In this document: piece by piece, positions 1 to 14,217 of the stretch
Position numbering within the stretch: position 1 is the first letter of the stretch
Layout: each line of letters begins with the position of its first letter
Source of the DNA: Adineta vaga
Lineage: Eukaryota; Animalia; Rotifera
Direction of reading: 5' to 3'
Assembly: GCA_021613535.1 (NCBI GenBank)
Contig: CP075493.1
Location: forward strand, 8,680,001 to 8,744,000
DNA: 64,000 bases
Notes under the pieces: model-generated
What the model was told of the DNA's origin: nothing
Seen by the model: only the letters and a program-made list of their open reading frames with translations
Databases searched by the model: none
Position numbers and translations under genes: made by a program

Positions 1-769
1 AAATTATCTATATAAAAAGATAAGGTTCTCTCAAGCACTACAGAAAACAAATTGAATTATTCGAGAAAATTTTGTCATCGACTTACTCATTTTTTTATGA
101 ATATTTAACGATGCATTGGAAGCAAATGATACAGTACATTGTTTACATTCGAGAGATTTTATTGTTTGTTCATCAAGTAAATCAGTATAACTTGACGATG
201 AGTCATCCGGAAAGAAGCCTAATTTTGTATTCGTATTTTCATTTACATCAATCCAAGTTGAATGTTCAAAAACATGATTTTCTAAAACAACTGGTGCATC
301 AAATTGTTCATCGCATACTGGACACTCCAAAAGACTCATTTGAGATAATTCATTTTCTATCGAAGTATATTCACTTGAATTTGACATAATTCCATTACTA
401 GATTCAGTATTTGCAATAATAGTCGTTTGTTCAATTGGTGCTGAGAATAATAAATCAAATTCACTTGTTGAAGGCAGTACAGAATGTGTCGATGAATAGA
501 AAAGATCCGTATTCGATGGTGTAGGCAATGAAACATCTTGAATAATTGCATCTAAATCAGATTCAAGAAGATGTGCTGATGAAGCATTGGATAGATGAAA
601 TAAATTTGTTGGTTGTTGACCAGTACAAGTAGATCGATGAGTTAAAAAAAGAGTTAAATCTGTAAAATTTACATGACACTTGCCACAGATAAATAAATCT
701 TCTGAAGTATTCAAAGCTAAAATTCCGTATTATATTACATGAATAGATTGACTTTTTCGACTTACTCAT
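1..769 (-). CDS. C2H2 zinc-finger protein with N-terminal CCHC finger (BCL11/ZNF341-like), 3' end outside window
   Basis: ATG A|gtaagt at 769, spliced into ...LNTSEDLFICGKCHVNFTDLTLFLTHRSTC. C2H2 fingers CPVCDEQF...LENHVFEH and CKQCTVSF...LNIHKKM follow. A donor near 85 and an acceptor near 8 show the gene continues past the window edge. Confidence 0.8.
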
Positions 770-1310
770 AGTTTATGATTGACTTAAAAGTGATACAATA
801 ACGGGTTGAATGAGAAAGCAATAAAAATCGTTCTTTTTCTATCAAGTCTATTAATCTTATAGGCATTCGACTTCGACATACAACATGCTCACCTCACCTA
901 TGTTACTCAAAATAAATATTTTCTACCAATCATAATCATTGACGATAGATGATGATAGAGACGAAGAATTTTTCTTACAGAAAAGCAAAGCAGTTTATTT
1001 CATTCTTTTTGAAATTCATGTCAGAATATTATCAATCTCCAATAAAATATATTGATTAGAAAAGATTTTAAATTAATGCTTATAAAAGTCGTTCGTTAAA
1101 GAGGCATCAATCGAATAAAGTTCTCATTTTGTTTACATATATTTTTCTCTTTTGAAATCCTTTGTACGTACATCGACACGCACAATTAAAAGAAAAGAAA
1201 AAACGAGAGCACAAGAATAAACAAACAAACAAACAGACACACTGATACGCGAGTATACTCGTAGAAATCAAATGAGTAACAAAGAATCAATCGGATGTCA
1301 TTTTCATTTC

Positions 1311-4300
1311 TTATGAATTGTTATTAAGTACAGTTTCACATTCAGATTCATTGTTGCTTGGTAAGAATGGAATTTCGTCTGCTATAGTTGTCATATCTTC
1401 TATTTCATTTGTCGATGTTTGTTCGACATTTTCAACGGGTTTGATATCTTCTTTTTTTAAGAATATTGCTTCAACGAGATCAACAAATGATGCAGATGAT
1501 ATATATGTGGATTGTATTTTTTCATCTTGTAATGTTGAAGATTCTCCTATAATGTCGTCGCTATCAGTTTTAATAGTTGTTGCAGAGTCCATAGTTGGTG
1601 TATCAGATAAAAGATTACTAGTTCCATCCATAATTACCTTCGATGGTACAGAAGAAGCATCACCAGATGAAAGATCAGATGTGATCGTATTATCATTCAT
1701 TGCCTATTTAAGAAAATAAATAAACAATCATTTAATAAACGAAATATTTGACGAGTAAAATAGTTTTGAAAAGGCATACTTACTTCATCTCGAACATCTT
1801 GATAACATATTGGATGATATGTTTTCCCATCGATTCGCATGGCATCTTTCAAATGCCATTCTTCTCTGTTATCATCAAAAAAGTTCTCAAAGAGATCATG
1901 ACATACAAAACAACGCTAAAAGAATACGAAAAACATTATCCAACGAAACAATAGATATGTATTATTCCAAACATACATCATCATCACCATCGCCATCGCC
2001 TGTTGCCGGACAAGATATCATTCCTGATGCCGATAGAATATTATCACCTTGAAGAAAAATACTATTATCTTTGAGCGGTCGAAATTGTGCTGATATAAGT
2101 TTTCCTGTTCGAATTTGTTCTTCAATATTTTCCTCATAAATCGTCCATTCTTGAACAGATGGATACCAATTTCGACTTCGTTGTGATAAAGCTATGGCAG
2201 ATGTGTTTGTATTCAAATCTTTTTCTTGTTTGTTCTCTAAATAATGCCAATCAAGATGATAAGTATAATGCGTTTTTTGTTTAGCAGTAAAACGAAGGCC
2301 ACATACACGGCATTGATTTTTGCCAATGTATAATTGTTGAGCAATACCAACATATTTCCTAGAGAGAATGAACACAAATGAAATGTTTGTTTTTCTATGA
2401 TCGTTTATACAACAATAGAATGATTTCTTTACTTTTTTAACATATTAATATTTGCATCGATTAATATTGGTACTGGTGCAACATTTTCTTCATCAAAATT
2501 ACGTGTACGTGTTTCTCGACCAGTAACAGGATCGTAACGTGGCCGTTTCTTATCTTCCTCTTCATATGTATGATGATTATTATTGTTTTCATCATGTGGC
2601 CGTTTTAATGGTGGACTTTGACGAGCAGAAAATGATTGTTGATCCGATGAGACTGTTTTTTGTTTTTGTTGTGATTGAAACGCATTCTGAACAAGTGTGA
2701 ACGAAGGTGGAGCAGGTGGTAATGGCGGAAGATATGGTAAGAAATTATAGTTAGATATGTACGATGATGGTGCACCAACAGTTGTTAAGATTTGCATAAC
2801 ATGACGGTGTGCATCGGTGCCAAAACCAGAAAATGGAAATGGTGGATTTGGAAAAGTTGGTAGAGTTGGTGGCTGTGGTGTTACTGTGGCTTGTGGTACG
2901 TGTTGCTGAGCAAATTGAAGAAGTTGTTGTTGAAATGGAAGACTAGGTGGTGTAACTGTTGGCAAAGAATTAGATTGAGCTACTAATGATTGGGGATTAA
3001 CACCATTCAGTAAAGATACATTCGCACTAGAAAAGAAAAAGAATGACTTTATTGACTATTGTCTAGATCTTATGTGATAAAAGTAATTCTATCGAAAATG
3101 ATCAACTCATTTGATCGTAGGTTAGATGAAAACTTACGCTTGTTGCACAGTAAGTCGTTTAACTTCACTTTCAAGAATATTTTGAAGTAATTTCAACGTT
3201 GCTTGATATTCTTCGGATGATAATTCTTTTGATTTATATTTTTGTTCAGCAAGTAACAAACATTTCGAATTAATTTCAAATATACTATCAGCATCGAGAT
3301 TGCTTGAGTTAGATTTCGTTGTCGACGTCGTTGTTATTTGTTGAGTCGTTACATCAGGATCTCGATAATCTTTGTCACTACCACCAAATAATACTTCACT
3401 AAAATGTACATTTGCATTAGTATGGATGTTTCTTCTATCAAATTAACTTACACATCATCTGTAGTTTCACTAGTTGATTTCACAGAAAGTCCATTATTAG
3501 CAGCAGACGACTGTTTGATGATAAATGGTTCATCATCATCATCATCGTCGTCATCATCATTATTGTTGTTGTCATCACGATTACCATTGCCATTTTGTTC
3601 TTCGTCAGTATCATCTTCAGAAAATATTCCTAGATCATTATTAGTCATTGCTTGTGATAGAGCAGCTGTACGTCGTCGTAAACGAGCTGATGGTCGACGT
3701 TTTTTATTTCCTTTTTTCTTTTTTCCAGTTAGTTTTTTGATTTTCGATTGTTGTTCACCATCAATACCAAGATCAAGTACATGTGCTGTTTCTTGTCGAA
3801 TTTGTTCCATTCTTTCAAATGGAATCATATGATAACTATCACCACGGGAAGTAAGTTCAGAAATTTTAGGTGGAGCTAAAGATATTGGAGGTTGATTAAC
3901 CGTTCGAGTACGAAATGTCGTCGAATCAGGATCCTCGTGTTGTAAGCGTAAGATTTGTTGACGAACTTCATCACTTATTGACTGTGGATCATTAACAGTC
4001 GCGGTTGTCGATGATGTCGCATTCTATAACAGATCAAAGAAAGAGATTAATAACAAACAATACTTATGTATTATGAGTTTTCCGTTGGTGTCTCTTACTC
4101 GTTGAAGAAAAGTTGGATTAAGATGAATATTTTGTGAGAATGAAGATGGATCTGGTACTCTTGCAGTTATTGGCCATGCTGGATCGATATCATGTGTTCT
4201 TGTATCGAGATTATACAGTGATAAATTAGTAAAAAATGGTGGCCATGTTTGACGAAGTTTAAACATCGATGATCGTGTACGTTCATCAACCTAATCAAGT

Positions 4301-4697
4301 CAATTTTTCAAAGAAAAAAGGATTTTGAAAAAAAAATCGTTTCTACTAACTTTATTAAAAGCATTAGCGAAAAGGACTGGTAGGCGTGTTTCAAATAATT
4401 GAACATAGGCGGATGAACGTAAATTTTTCACGATAGAATCAAGTACATATAATGTCGGTAAAACTTGATCACCTCTCGCCTTTGAAATTCAAAAAAAAAT
4501 GACTTATATGAAAGAAAAAAAGAACAATATCCTTTACTAACCTCCATGATTCGTTCTTCAATAGCTCGAACAATTTGTGGTGCATTTTGTAACTTTTCTT
4601 CTGCCAATATTGTCAAAAAATTAATCAATGGTTTGCTATTCAATTTTAAATCATTCAAAGCAACTTTAAAATCTTGATAATCATCGGTAGCAGCCAT
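1311..4697 (-). CDS. PCF11: Pre-mRNA cleavage complex II protein Pcf11
   Basis: CID domain (MAATDDYQDFKVALNDLKLNSKPLINFLTILAEE...KLRQTW...DPAWPI). C-terminal zinc modules LYIGKNQCRVCGLRF...HLDWHY, SRNWYPS..EW and EEWHLKDAMRIDGKTYHPIC. Multi-exon. Confidence 0.93.
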
Positions 4698-6662
4698 GAT
4701 ATCAATGACGATGACTAAAATAAATGAATAGAGTATTAAACAAACAGATAGAATGATTGGCACATACCTTGATAAAGATTCGAATAAATCAATTAGGCTA
4801 CTACACAACTAAATTCCTTTGAAAGACAATACAAAATAACAGAGAAAATCGAAATTGCTTTTTGATCTAAAAATGGTTGTGTGGTTTGTTTTTTTCAAAA
4901 TATGGTAAAATAAATAATAGAAATCAACAAAATAAGAAATAGATCATAAGAAATTCTTTTTTTATTTCATTTATCAATTTATGCGTAAAATTACAAGAAT
5001 AAACAATACTAAGAACTAAATAGTGAGATAGTTCGAAAATATTTACAGTATCTTTCTTGAAACTATCGAAAAGAAAATTGTATAAAGAATAATCGACTTC
5101 AGACGAGTGTTTCTACCAGTCACTGGCATTCTTTTCACATTTTATAATGTGAACAGAGAATTATGTTCAAGAAATCACTGAATATCAATGTGAAAGGTGC
5201 ATCTGTCTATACTACGTTAATGATACACATTCTGAAAACCAATTGATTCACCGTGATTGTTTTTAACTCGGCAAAAACTCATTGAAAATTCTTTCTCGGA
5301 CAGAATATCTCTCTCTCTCTCTCGAAATCTGCAAAAATCAATCTATTTTCAACGATTACAAAGTATCGCAAGATAAGTAAATAGTAGATAAATGATTGAA
5401 TTGTTTTTTACCTGATTGAACTCTCACCATGTGAAAAAGTAATTTGAGGATGTGTGAATATCTTCTAAAATTATACTTATCAAAGGACAAAATTCATATT
5501 ATAAAATAACATTGTATGCGCGGGTTCAATATGTTTGAAGAATTCATTGTTTCGTTTTTTCAAATAAATGAAAAATACTCACTTAAGAAGATAAAAAGTG
5601 TAAATATAGAGTTGAATTATATCGCTATCAATAGAGAAATTCAAATAAAAGAAGAAAACGAGATAGACTTCTTTTTTTTCCTTCTCTTTTAGTCTTATTT
5701 CTTTTTTCATTGTACAAAAATAAACTAGATCAACAAAATAAGTTCATAGATAATCAATAGACGAATGTGTAGATCATTAACCAAGTTCAACCAATTCATT
5801 GAGATGAACTAGAAAAGAAAAGTATTCATTTTAGTTTCATTGAAGTATCATCAATTCTAGAAATTCATCAAAGAAAATGCATAGTTTTTGATTCTATGGA
5901 TGATCTCATATATTTGAACGAAACGAGTCTACAATATCGATATTTCTCTAGGAAAAGTCAAAAGATGTAAAGACTATGTGCTATTTTTGCATTAACTATT
6001 ATAGTATATCTGAGTTGTGTATCAATACAATAATAATATCAATATAAGAGTGAGAGTGAATTAAATTTATTTATTTTCATCATATACAACGATAAAAACA
6101 ACAAAAAAACATCCAAATTTGATTATGTTTACCTTTGATTATCTATTGTATTGATAATATCTTCGTGATTTCATTTGCAGTCGAATATTCATCGATAATG
6201 TATGCATTTTGTATCACAATCGATCATTTCTTCACTCTTAATAGCAAGTTTCACCTGATCATCATGAATTCTTACCTAAAAGTGAATTCATAGTTTAGTC
6301 TTCATTGTAATTTGTAATTCTGTTATCGATATGTCAAAAATGAATCGATCCATTATTTCCATATATTCAAAATGTTTAACTTACTGATCGTTGATGAAAT
6401 CAGTATTTGATCATAATGGTGATAATAATTCTCTTTTTCCGATGAACTATCTGAAAGGATACTTTGTTGATTTATCGTCTAACTTTCGTCTTGGAGGAAA
6501 GTCAAGTAAAAGTAAAGCAAAAATAATAATATATTTAGAAAAAAAAACCTGTTTCTCTTTAAACGAATCATAGGATTTATTTCGAAATATAATAGATGGC
6601 GCACATCGTTAGTCGGTATAAAAAATATCAAACCAATGGACATTATAGGATTATTATTATGA

Positions 6663-8749
6663 TTATTTTGTCGTTTCAATAATAGGAATATGTTCCAAAA
6701 CACCCGCTCGCCTTTCTAAAGGTTGTATCACCTATATAAATTCATAATTGATCTAGTGAATGAATCTATATACAGTACGAAGACATACTTTTTCTTCTGG
6801 ATTCTTAGGGAGATTCAATACACCAAGCGCTTTCTTTTCTGGCAGTGGTGCACATTTACACTTAATACGTAACTCAAGTGCTTCAGGAATTATTCTATCA
6901 AAATGCTCTACACGTTTAGCACTAGCTGGATGTGTTGAAAAAAACTCTGGAATTTCATGTTGTTTGTCAGCTTTGTCAACGGATTCCCAAAAACAAGCAG
7001 ATTCGCGAATATCATAACATGCCTAAAAGAAAAAATAACTTTTGAATTAACTAGTTCAAATTAAATATATTTGATTTACTTTTGCAGCTAGCTTCAAACC
7101 AACTTCATCAGCTTCATCTTCCAAATATCGTGAATATGGTAATCGAGAAGTAAATGTAATATAACCTTCATATATAAAATTCGCCCAAAAACTTTGAAAA
7201 TTTCAATGTAAAGTCCGTTTGAATGACAATTCAATATCGAAACTTACGAAGTCCAATCGCTTGGAAATATAGACCAAATAATAAATGCTCCGAAAATTGC
7301 TATAAAATTTTTAAAGAAATACATGAAAAATTACTAAATCTTATCTAAACGAGTTATCAACTATATGTAATCATCATAGGAAAGATCTTGTTTTATAGAT
7401 AGGCCATATTCTATTCAGAATATACGATAAAATCAAGATTGACAGAATTTTCAAATGTTCCAACTGTCACTTTTCCTGTCACCGCCATATCTTACGGCAG
7501 ATATAGATTGAAATTTTCTATCAACTATTGCAAACCTCATAAACTTTATCGTCATGCTTTCAATGGATTAAAAAACAAAATCTTATTTTAATGTATACCA
7601 ATCATATCAATTGATTGTGAATAAGAGAGTTTTTCTGCCTAGAAAATTCGAATATGTTAATAAAAAATTCTTTTTTTTCCAAAACAACATACAGTATGAC
7701 CTAAAATTGCATGTGATAGTTCATGAGCAAGGACGACAGCTAGTTGATCTTCATTTGTCCTATAATAATAGAAATTATCATATAAAATAAGAATAAAACT
7801 ACTATGCATACATCATTTGCATCATGCCTCGAGTTACATATATATCTCCGGACTAGATAGAAATGAATCAGATAAGATAATCGATATTTCGTTTTAGAAA
7901 ACATACCGGTAGGACAAAAGCTAGATGAAAAATAGAAAAAAAGGTCGATTTATCAGCTATTTCCTTCTTGTAAGAACGAAAAACTCACCATTTCTCATTT
8001 CAGTATCCTTTGTATAATATGAAAATAATATCATGTTTTAAACTGTGATCGATTGACAAAGATAAACTTACTATAACTCGAACAGTCCATTTGATTGTTC
8101 TTAATTCAGGTATATCCATATTAGCATGAATAAGTCGTTTTGCTATTTTAGCAACAAGTTGTGTTGGTTTACTCTCTGACGTATACATTTGATTCGAATA
8201 CATGGCAGCCATCTAAATTTGAACCTTAGTTTGACTAATAGAAACTATTCATTGGTGAAAAACAAACTCTTTCGGTTTCTTCTTGAGATAAATATTTCAA
8301 TTGTTCAAGATTCATCATCATGTATCGCCGTCGTCCAGTAATCGGTGCCTCTTCAAGATGAGTGTAATAATGTACCTAAATGGACATATACACTCATAAA
8401 TGCTTTTTAAAATGAAAATCTAATTATCAATTATACAGCAAGAGCAGTTCCTAATGTACCAAATATACCCATGTAAGTGTACTTATGTCGACTGAGATGT
8501 TGTATAAAAATATTTTGTTTCTCTGGTGGTAATTGTCGATACCATTTTCTTGTTGATCTTTAGAAAATAGACACGTTTTACGTTTATATAAATGTAAATG
8601 TGATCTATATTTCACCTGCCAGTTACCCAAGCGATACCTTTCAATGCTGGCTTTAGAAAAACCCATATTAACGGATTAATATGTCGTGGTGAACTTGTAT
8701 GAAATTGTCGATAGACGAACTTATTCTGATTGAAAGACTTGAATAACAT
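6663..8749 (-). CDS. OMA1: Mitochondrial inner-membrane metalloendopeptidase OMA1 (peptidase M48)
   Basis: Mitochondrial-type N-terminus MLFKSFNQNKFVYRQFHTSSPRHINP. Motifs THLEEAPITGRRRY, NAFVLP, QLAVVLAHELSHAILGH (HExxH), PYSRYLEDEADEVG and PEFFSTHPAS. Confidence 0.92.
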
Positions 8750-8877
8750 CAAATCTGGAAGAATAAGACTGAGGTATTTTTTTTCTGTTAAACATATGAA
8801 AAATATATGATTGTTTTCTATTCATATATTTTCGATGATATAACACACAGAGGTATAAAAAAAATAACAAAAAGAAA

Positions 8878-11800
8878 TTAGATTAATGATTTGTTATCAG
8901 TCGGATCAGATTTACATTCAAGATTAAAAGGTGGTATTCGAACTTCAATAAATGTTCCGTCGTCTTTTTCCATTTTAAATGTTCTAAAACAAAATAGACA
9001 AAGAATATAATGAAAATATTTTTTACCTCTCTTTGTATAAAAAAAACTTCGTTACCCCCACATATGACCACTTGGAGCAGATAATGATATATGAGACGAA
9101 TACTGAAAAGCTGGATATTCTTTCGATAATCTTGGTTCATGTCCAACAACACCTTTTCCTCGAACAGTTTCCAATGTACCAGATAGACTAAATATACGCC
9201 AATGACGTTCACGTAATGTTACAGGTTCTTCAGGATCCAAATTTTCAATTCGAATTGAATAACGCCACCAATGAACAGTCACACCTTGAGAAGAACGTGA
9301 TCCCCTAATAATTCAAGGAGAAATATAAAGAACGATATCATTCTAAGAAAAAACATCTCATTTCATTTATTTACATATAAAATGGAATCACTGTCACTCG
9401 AATTTGATGAGTTACATCTTTTGAAACATCTGATAATTCAAGCCAAAGATGATGTCGATCTTGCCAGGATTTCAAATATTCACGTGGTACAAAATTTGGA
9501 TCTAGACAAGAACAATTGTCGATTCTTAGCTTTTTATTACATAAGATGTAAACATACTTGATTCCGAATCATGTATTAAAAATTTATCAAATAATTCATG
9601 TTCAATTGGTGTTCGTTCCGTACTCTAAAAACAGATTGTTATATCTCTATACGATGTATTCATTTTGATTATCTCATCTAATGAATAATGATAATATATA
9701 GTAATAGAAATAAATTAATCTGATAACATAGTCAAACGGATTTCCGGTAGTATGTTTATTAGATGCAATCACCGGTAACTCTTCGACATGTATGACAAGA
9801 ATAAATATACCATAAAAATTTTTCCTTGATTAATTCTATTGAAAAAAAAACTTGATGAAATTTCTATGATATAGTCTATCTTCTATTTCATCGTTTGTAA
9901 TAAATGTCTATAAATCATATTAAATGACTAGTTTGTATACAAAAGAAAGATAACCTTCATTTTTCTTCTCTATTGAATAAATATTAGATTTTGATGAATC
10001 ATTTTTCATTTAAAATAACTTACTGTATATGGTATTACATCTTCATGTGCAACATAATCAAGACCAGGAATTGCATACAGATTTCGATCACGTTCTTGAT
10101 TGCCTAAGAATGTCACCGCCTCTGAAAGATCAAATGAATTTTTTTTATTACTGTATATTCAATTAAAAGTAAAATTTTCAACCTGTTTGAGCTCGAATAT
10201 GTGGCATATCTCGTGTATCAATTAAGACTTGATAATACGTAACTGATCTTGCTCGAATTTCATGTATATTTGATTGTGATGATTTACTTATTTTGGGTAA
10301 TACTGGTAAAGAATTTGAACGTCCATCATATCGATCGAAAACTCTTGCAAGCCAAGAAAATAAAATAACGCCACGATATCCAAAAACTCGATGAAGAAAT
10401 AACTAAGTTAGAAAGAAATAATATGCATGAATTCGTCTCTTATTCTCTAATTAGATTTTATGCATCGTTCAACATTAGGAAATCTTTTTTATTCATCGTT
10501 AATATTATCAGTATATTATGGCATCCATGTCTCTCAATGAAACGAGCAAGAAACGAGTTCGCTCATTCTGTATTAGTAATAATAGAAAAGGCTTTCCACT
10601 GTTTTTTTCTCTCTCTCTCTCACACGCTCTTTTCATTGTTGTATAAGCTGATCGGAGAAAATATCGATTATCTATTTAAGGACAAAAATATTAATGCGAT
10701 TAGTTGAAGAGACAAAAAAACGAAATTAACATTTTTTAGTTGTCGACTGATTTCGATAATTATGCTTTGAGTTGGTCTGAATATGTTTGTCGCGCATACT
10801 AGCGAAGACAAAATAAGATAGAGAGAAACATTCGATTTGTCAGAATGCATTTGCTATAACAGAGCAGAAATAGTTATAGTAACGGTAGTCGGAAAGAAAA
10901 GGAAAACACTATCAGTACAGCTTGTCGACAGGAAGTTTCCGTTTTTTTTATATTCTCATCCTTCTAGTTATTTCTATACGCTCCAGTTTCTCATTTGATT
11001 CGATGCCCATCTTCATTTTTCTTCTCAGTATGCTGTTCATCTGCTCAACATTCCGATGAGACATACCATTCTATCATGTCTTTCTTCTTTTTTGATGAGA
11101 TGAATTTCAATCATTCATTCAGTTGTGTAACAAAAGACAAGGACATGCAAACAAAGACAATTATTTCGTAGCTTATAGTAGGATATACTTTAATATATAT
11201 ATATATATATATGTATGTATTTTCTAATAAGACATCATCTTAATTATTATTTAACATGAATTCAAATTAATAGTTAGTTGAGTGCTAATAGATGAGATAA
11301 GAAAAAGAGAAGAGAAACTGTTACACGTCTTAGAGTGGAAGATCTGAGAAAACGATTATGGTTTCTTCTTTCCTTTCTTTCTTTTCTTCAGCAACGTTTT
11401 CTTCTCGTTCCTTTCTACTCGCTCGTCTAGATGTTGTTTTCACGCTTCATCTGATCTTATTCGTTTGCCAACTCGTTTCTCATAGTTTTGCTCATCCGAG
11501 CACGTTTATGTAAAAGTAGAGAGAAAGAGAGAAGAGAAAAGTAAAATAAGTAGGTTCAAAACTTTTGCTTTCCTCATCTTGAAATGCATATATAGATAGA
11601 TAAAAAAACAATCGTAACTATCATTCTACAAAAATAATCACGCAATAGAATGATGACAGAAAAATAAGTATATGACGAAAGAAAGAAACACAGAGAGAGA
11701 GAGAGCGAGAAAACGAGAGGAAAGATCTGTCGCGCGATTTGTCATTTCCTAATCAAATGTGAATCTAGCTCATTGACATTGTTATCGCTTTTCTTCTCCT

Positions 11801-14141
11801 TTTTCTTCTTCTTCTTCTCCTCTAATATTTCTTGTATATAGAAGAGAAAAAGAAAGAAAAACCGAGAAGAGTAATAATACGACATTTGATGTCAAGAAAG
11901 AAATACTTTCACAGACTGTTGCTTGTACGCATCTACTGGAGTTTAAAATGTATATATGCAGTCGCTATCGTCACGACAGGTAAATGGTAAAAAGAACGAG
12001 AAAAACAACATAACAAAAGTTGTCAAAAAAAAATAATGCTGTCTTTGCCATATTTCATGAGAATCCATTCACGTGCCTGTCGCTCTCTTTTTCTACCTTG
12101 ATTCAACATAAATAAATTGAGAATAATCTTATCAGATATGGCATAATCAAATTTTCAGATTTATAAAAGAACAAGTCTAAACATCAATATGAGCCGTCCA
12201 CCTCCAACAGCAAACAATAATCATGATCAGGCTCAACAGAGTAGTACATTCAAGGTAAGATTAACTCAGGATAATTGAAATCTATTGATTGTTATTAATT
12301 TAGGTAATGCTACTTGGAGATAGTGGCGTTGGCAAAACATGTTTATTAGTACGTTTTAAAGATGATACGTTTCTATCGGGAAGTTTTATTGCAACAGTTG
12401 GCATTGATTTCCGTAACAAAACTATTGTGATTAACGATAAACAAGTCAAATTACAAATTTATGATACGGTATGTGAAAGAAAACGAGAGAAGAAGAAAAA
12501 AGAACTCGAAATTTAAATGATATGTTTATTTTTTTATCTGAAAAAATGTCTGATTGGAGTTAAGAAAATACTAAATCAAATATTCTCGGAAACGTTGAAG
12601 AATTTTCTTTTCTTCTCTTTACTCGTTTTAAAATAAACATAATCAAGGAATATTTATCATTTTGATTATTGACGTTGTCAAAACAGGTGCTTACCAGAGA
12701 CATTTATTAAATCTTTTCTTGAGGAGGAAAAAAAAACTCAAGTAATTTTGTCGTTTTTTCTCTTGTTAGCTGAACATTACTTAAGAACGAAGAAAGTTCA
12801 AGGAAACGAAATGAATGATTAGATTCAATAGAAACATAAAAGATCTATCGATTAAGAAAGACAAATAAGTTGTTCTATAAAAAGCAAAACAAAGTGCTTT
12901 TTCTTGTAGATAATTACAGTTCAAATATTCTTTTGGAACACTAGATAAGTTTATTTTTCTTCTTATGCTTTTACCCTCATGATGAGTAGTTAGAATGGTT
13001 GAAGAAGAAAACCGATTGAAAAATCTTAATGTTCTGTTTTTCTCTTCTTCTACTTCTAGGCTGGTCAAGAACGTTTTCGTTCTGTTACTCATTCTTATTA
13101 TCGTGATGCTAATGCACTTCTATTACTCTATGATGTCACATCTATAACTAGTTTTAATAATGTTCGTGCTTGGTTAAGCGACATTCATGAATATGCTCAT
13201 TCCGATGTGATTGTTATGTTAATAGCGAATAAAGTTGATCGAGCAGCTGAACGTGTTGTAACACGTGAAATGGGTGAAAAATTAGCTAGTGAATATGATG
13301 TCACATATTTGGAAACATCAGCGAAAACGGGTTTAAATGTTGAAGTTTGTTTTAAAGCAATTGGTCAAGCACTTCTTCAACAATTAGATTCATCTGTAGC
13401 CAATGGTGAGAGTCCTTCTCAAACATTAACGAATCTCGTACAATTAAATGATCAATCACAAAAACAACCTCTATGTTGTTCATATTCTTAGTATCGATTT
13501 AATTTCATTAGTTTCATTTGTTAATTTTCAATTTGTAGAGTAGAACTCTGTGATATAAACAGAGAAGAAAAAAAAATTCACTTTGTTTTCTTTTTTTTTC
13601 TTTCGTTTCTATTGTATACATCGAAACTTTGTTGTATTATTTGTTGTACAGAAAGATTTGTAACTTATGACAAGTGTCCTTTAATATATACATATATATA
13701 TATATACATTTCGACATATTCTAATGGATATTTGACATCTATCCATCCATCAATTCGATGTATGTGACATACCTGACCTGTTTGATAATTGCCTTCTTGT
13801 TTAACAGCTGTAAAAAGACCAACTTCGTGTAGTCTAGAACAAAGATATGACAAGAGATTATTGACATTGTTGTTTTGTAAGAAATTGATTTTCTTTCAAA
13901 GATATTGAATAACATTCTGAACTCATCGTCATTTGATATGCTAGTCTCATCATCGTATGTTACGAGTAAAATTAGTTTGCTTCAAAATATTTTTCTCCAG
14001 TCGAATCCCAATTGAATAGAGTAATCACATTTATTCTTACTTGTTATTGGCATTCCATGATGCAAATCGAATTAATGAATAATTAGAAAACTTTTTGATA
14101 GATAGATTCAAAAGATAGAATGATTTCTTTGTAAACATCAT
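8878..14141 (-). CDS. POLDIP2: Polymerase delta-interacting protein 2 (PDIP38; YccV-like plus ApaG/DUF525 domains)
   Basis: Exons 14041-14141 ([11 protein letters not shown]...ANNK), 13773-13833 ([20 protein letters not shown]) and from 10402 ([17 protein letters not shown]) join with matching phases. The ApaG domain [10 protein letters not shown]...[24 protein letters not shown]...[18 protein letters not shown] follows. Confidence 0.93.
12189..13491 (+). CDS. Rab26/Rab37-family small GTPase, nested antisense in POLDIP2 intron 2
   Basis: Three exons encode [27 protein letters not shown]|[28 protein letters not shown] and a CCSYS prenylation tail. Confidence 0.9.
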
Positions 14142-14217
14142 TACATCTAGAAGAAATAAAAGTTTTCCTTTAAAAATGTCATTCCAAATGATCTTTGAAA
14201 GAAGAAAAATAATATAA

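Noticed and set aside
1318-1719. Antisense ORFs over real exons (for example 1318-1719, 3404-3832, 55791-56105)
   Set aside because: Shadow frames of low-complexity coding exons.
4698-4770. Acceptors before the ATGs of PCF11, calnexin and RING1 as trans-splice evidence
   Set aside because: Each has a plausible upstream donor (gtatgt near 4767, gtacca near 53934, gtaagt near 60074), so ordinary 5' UTR introns explain them.
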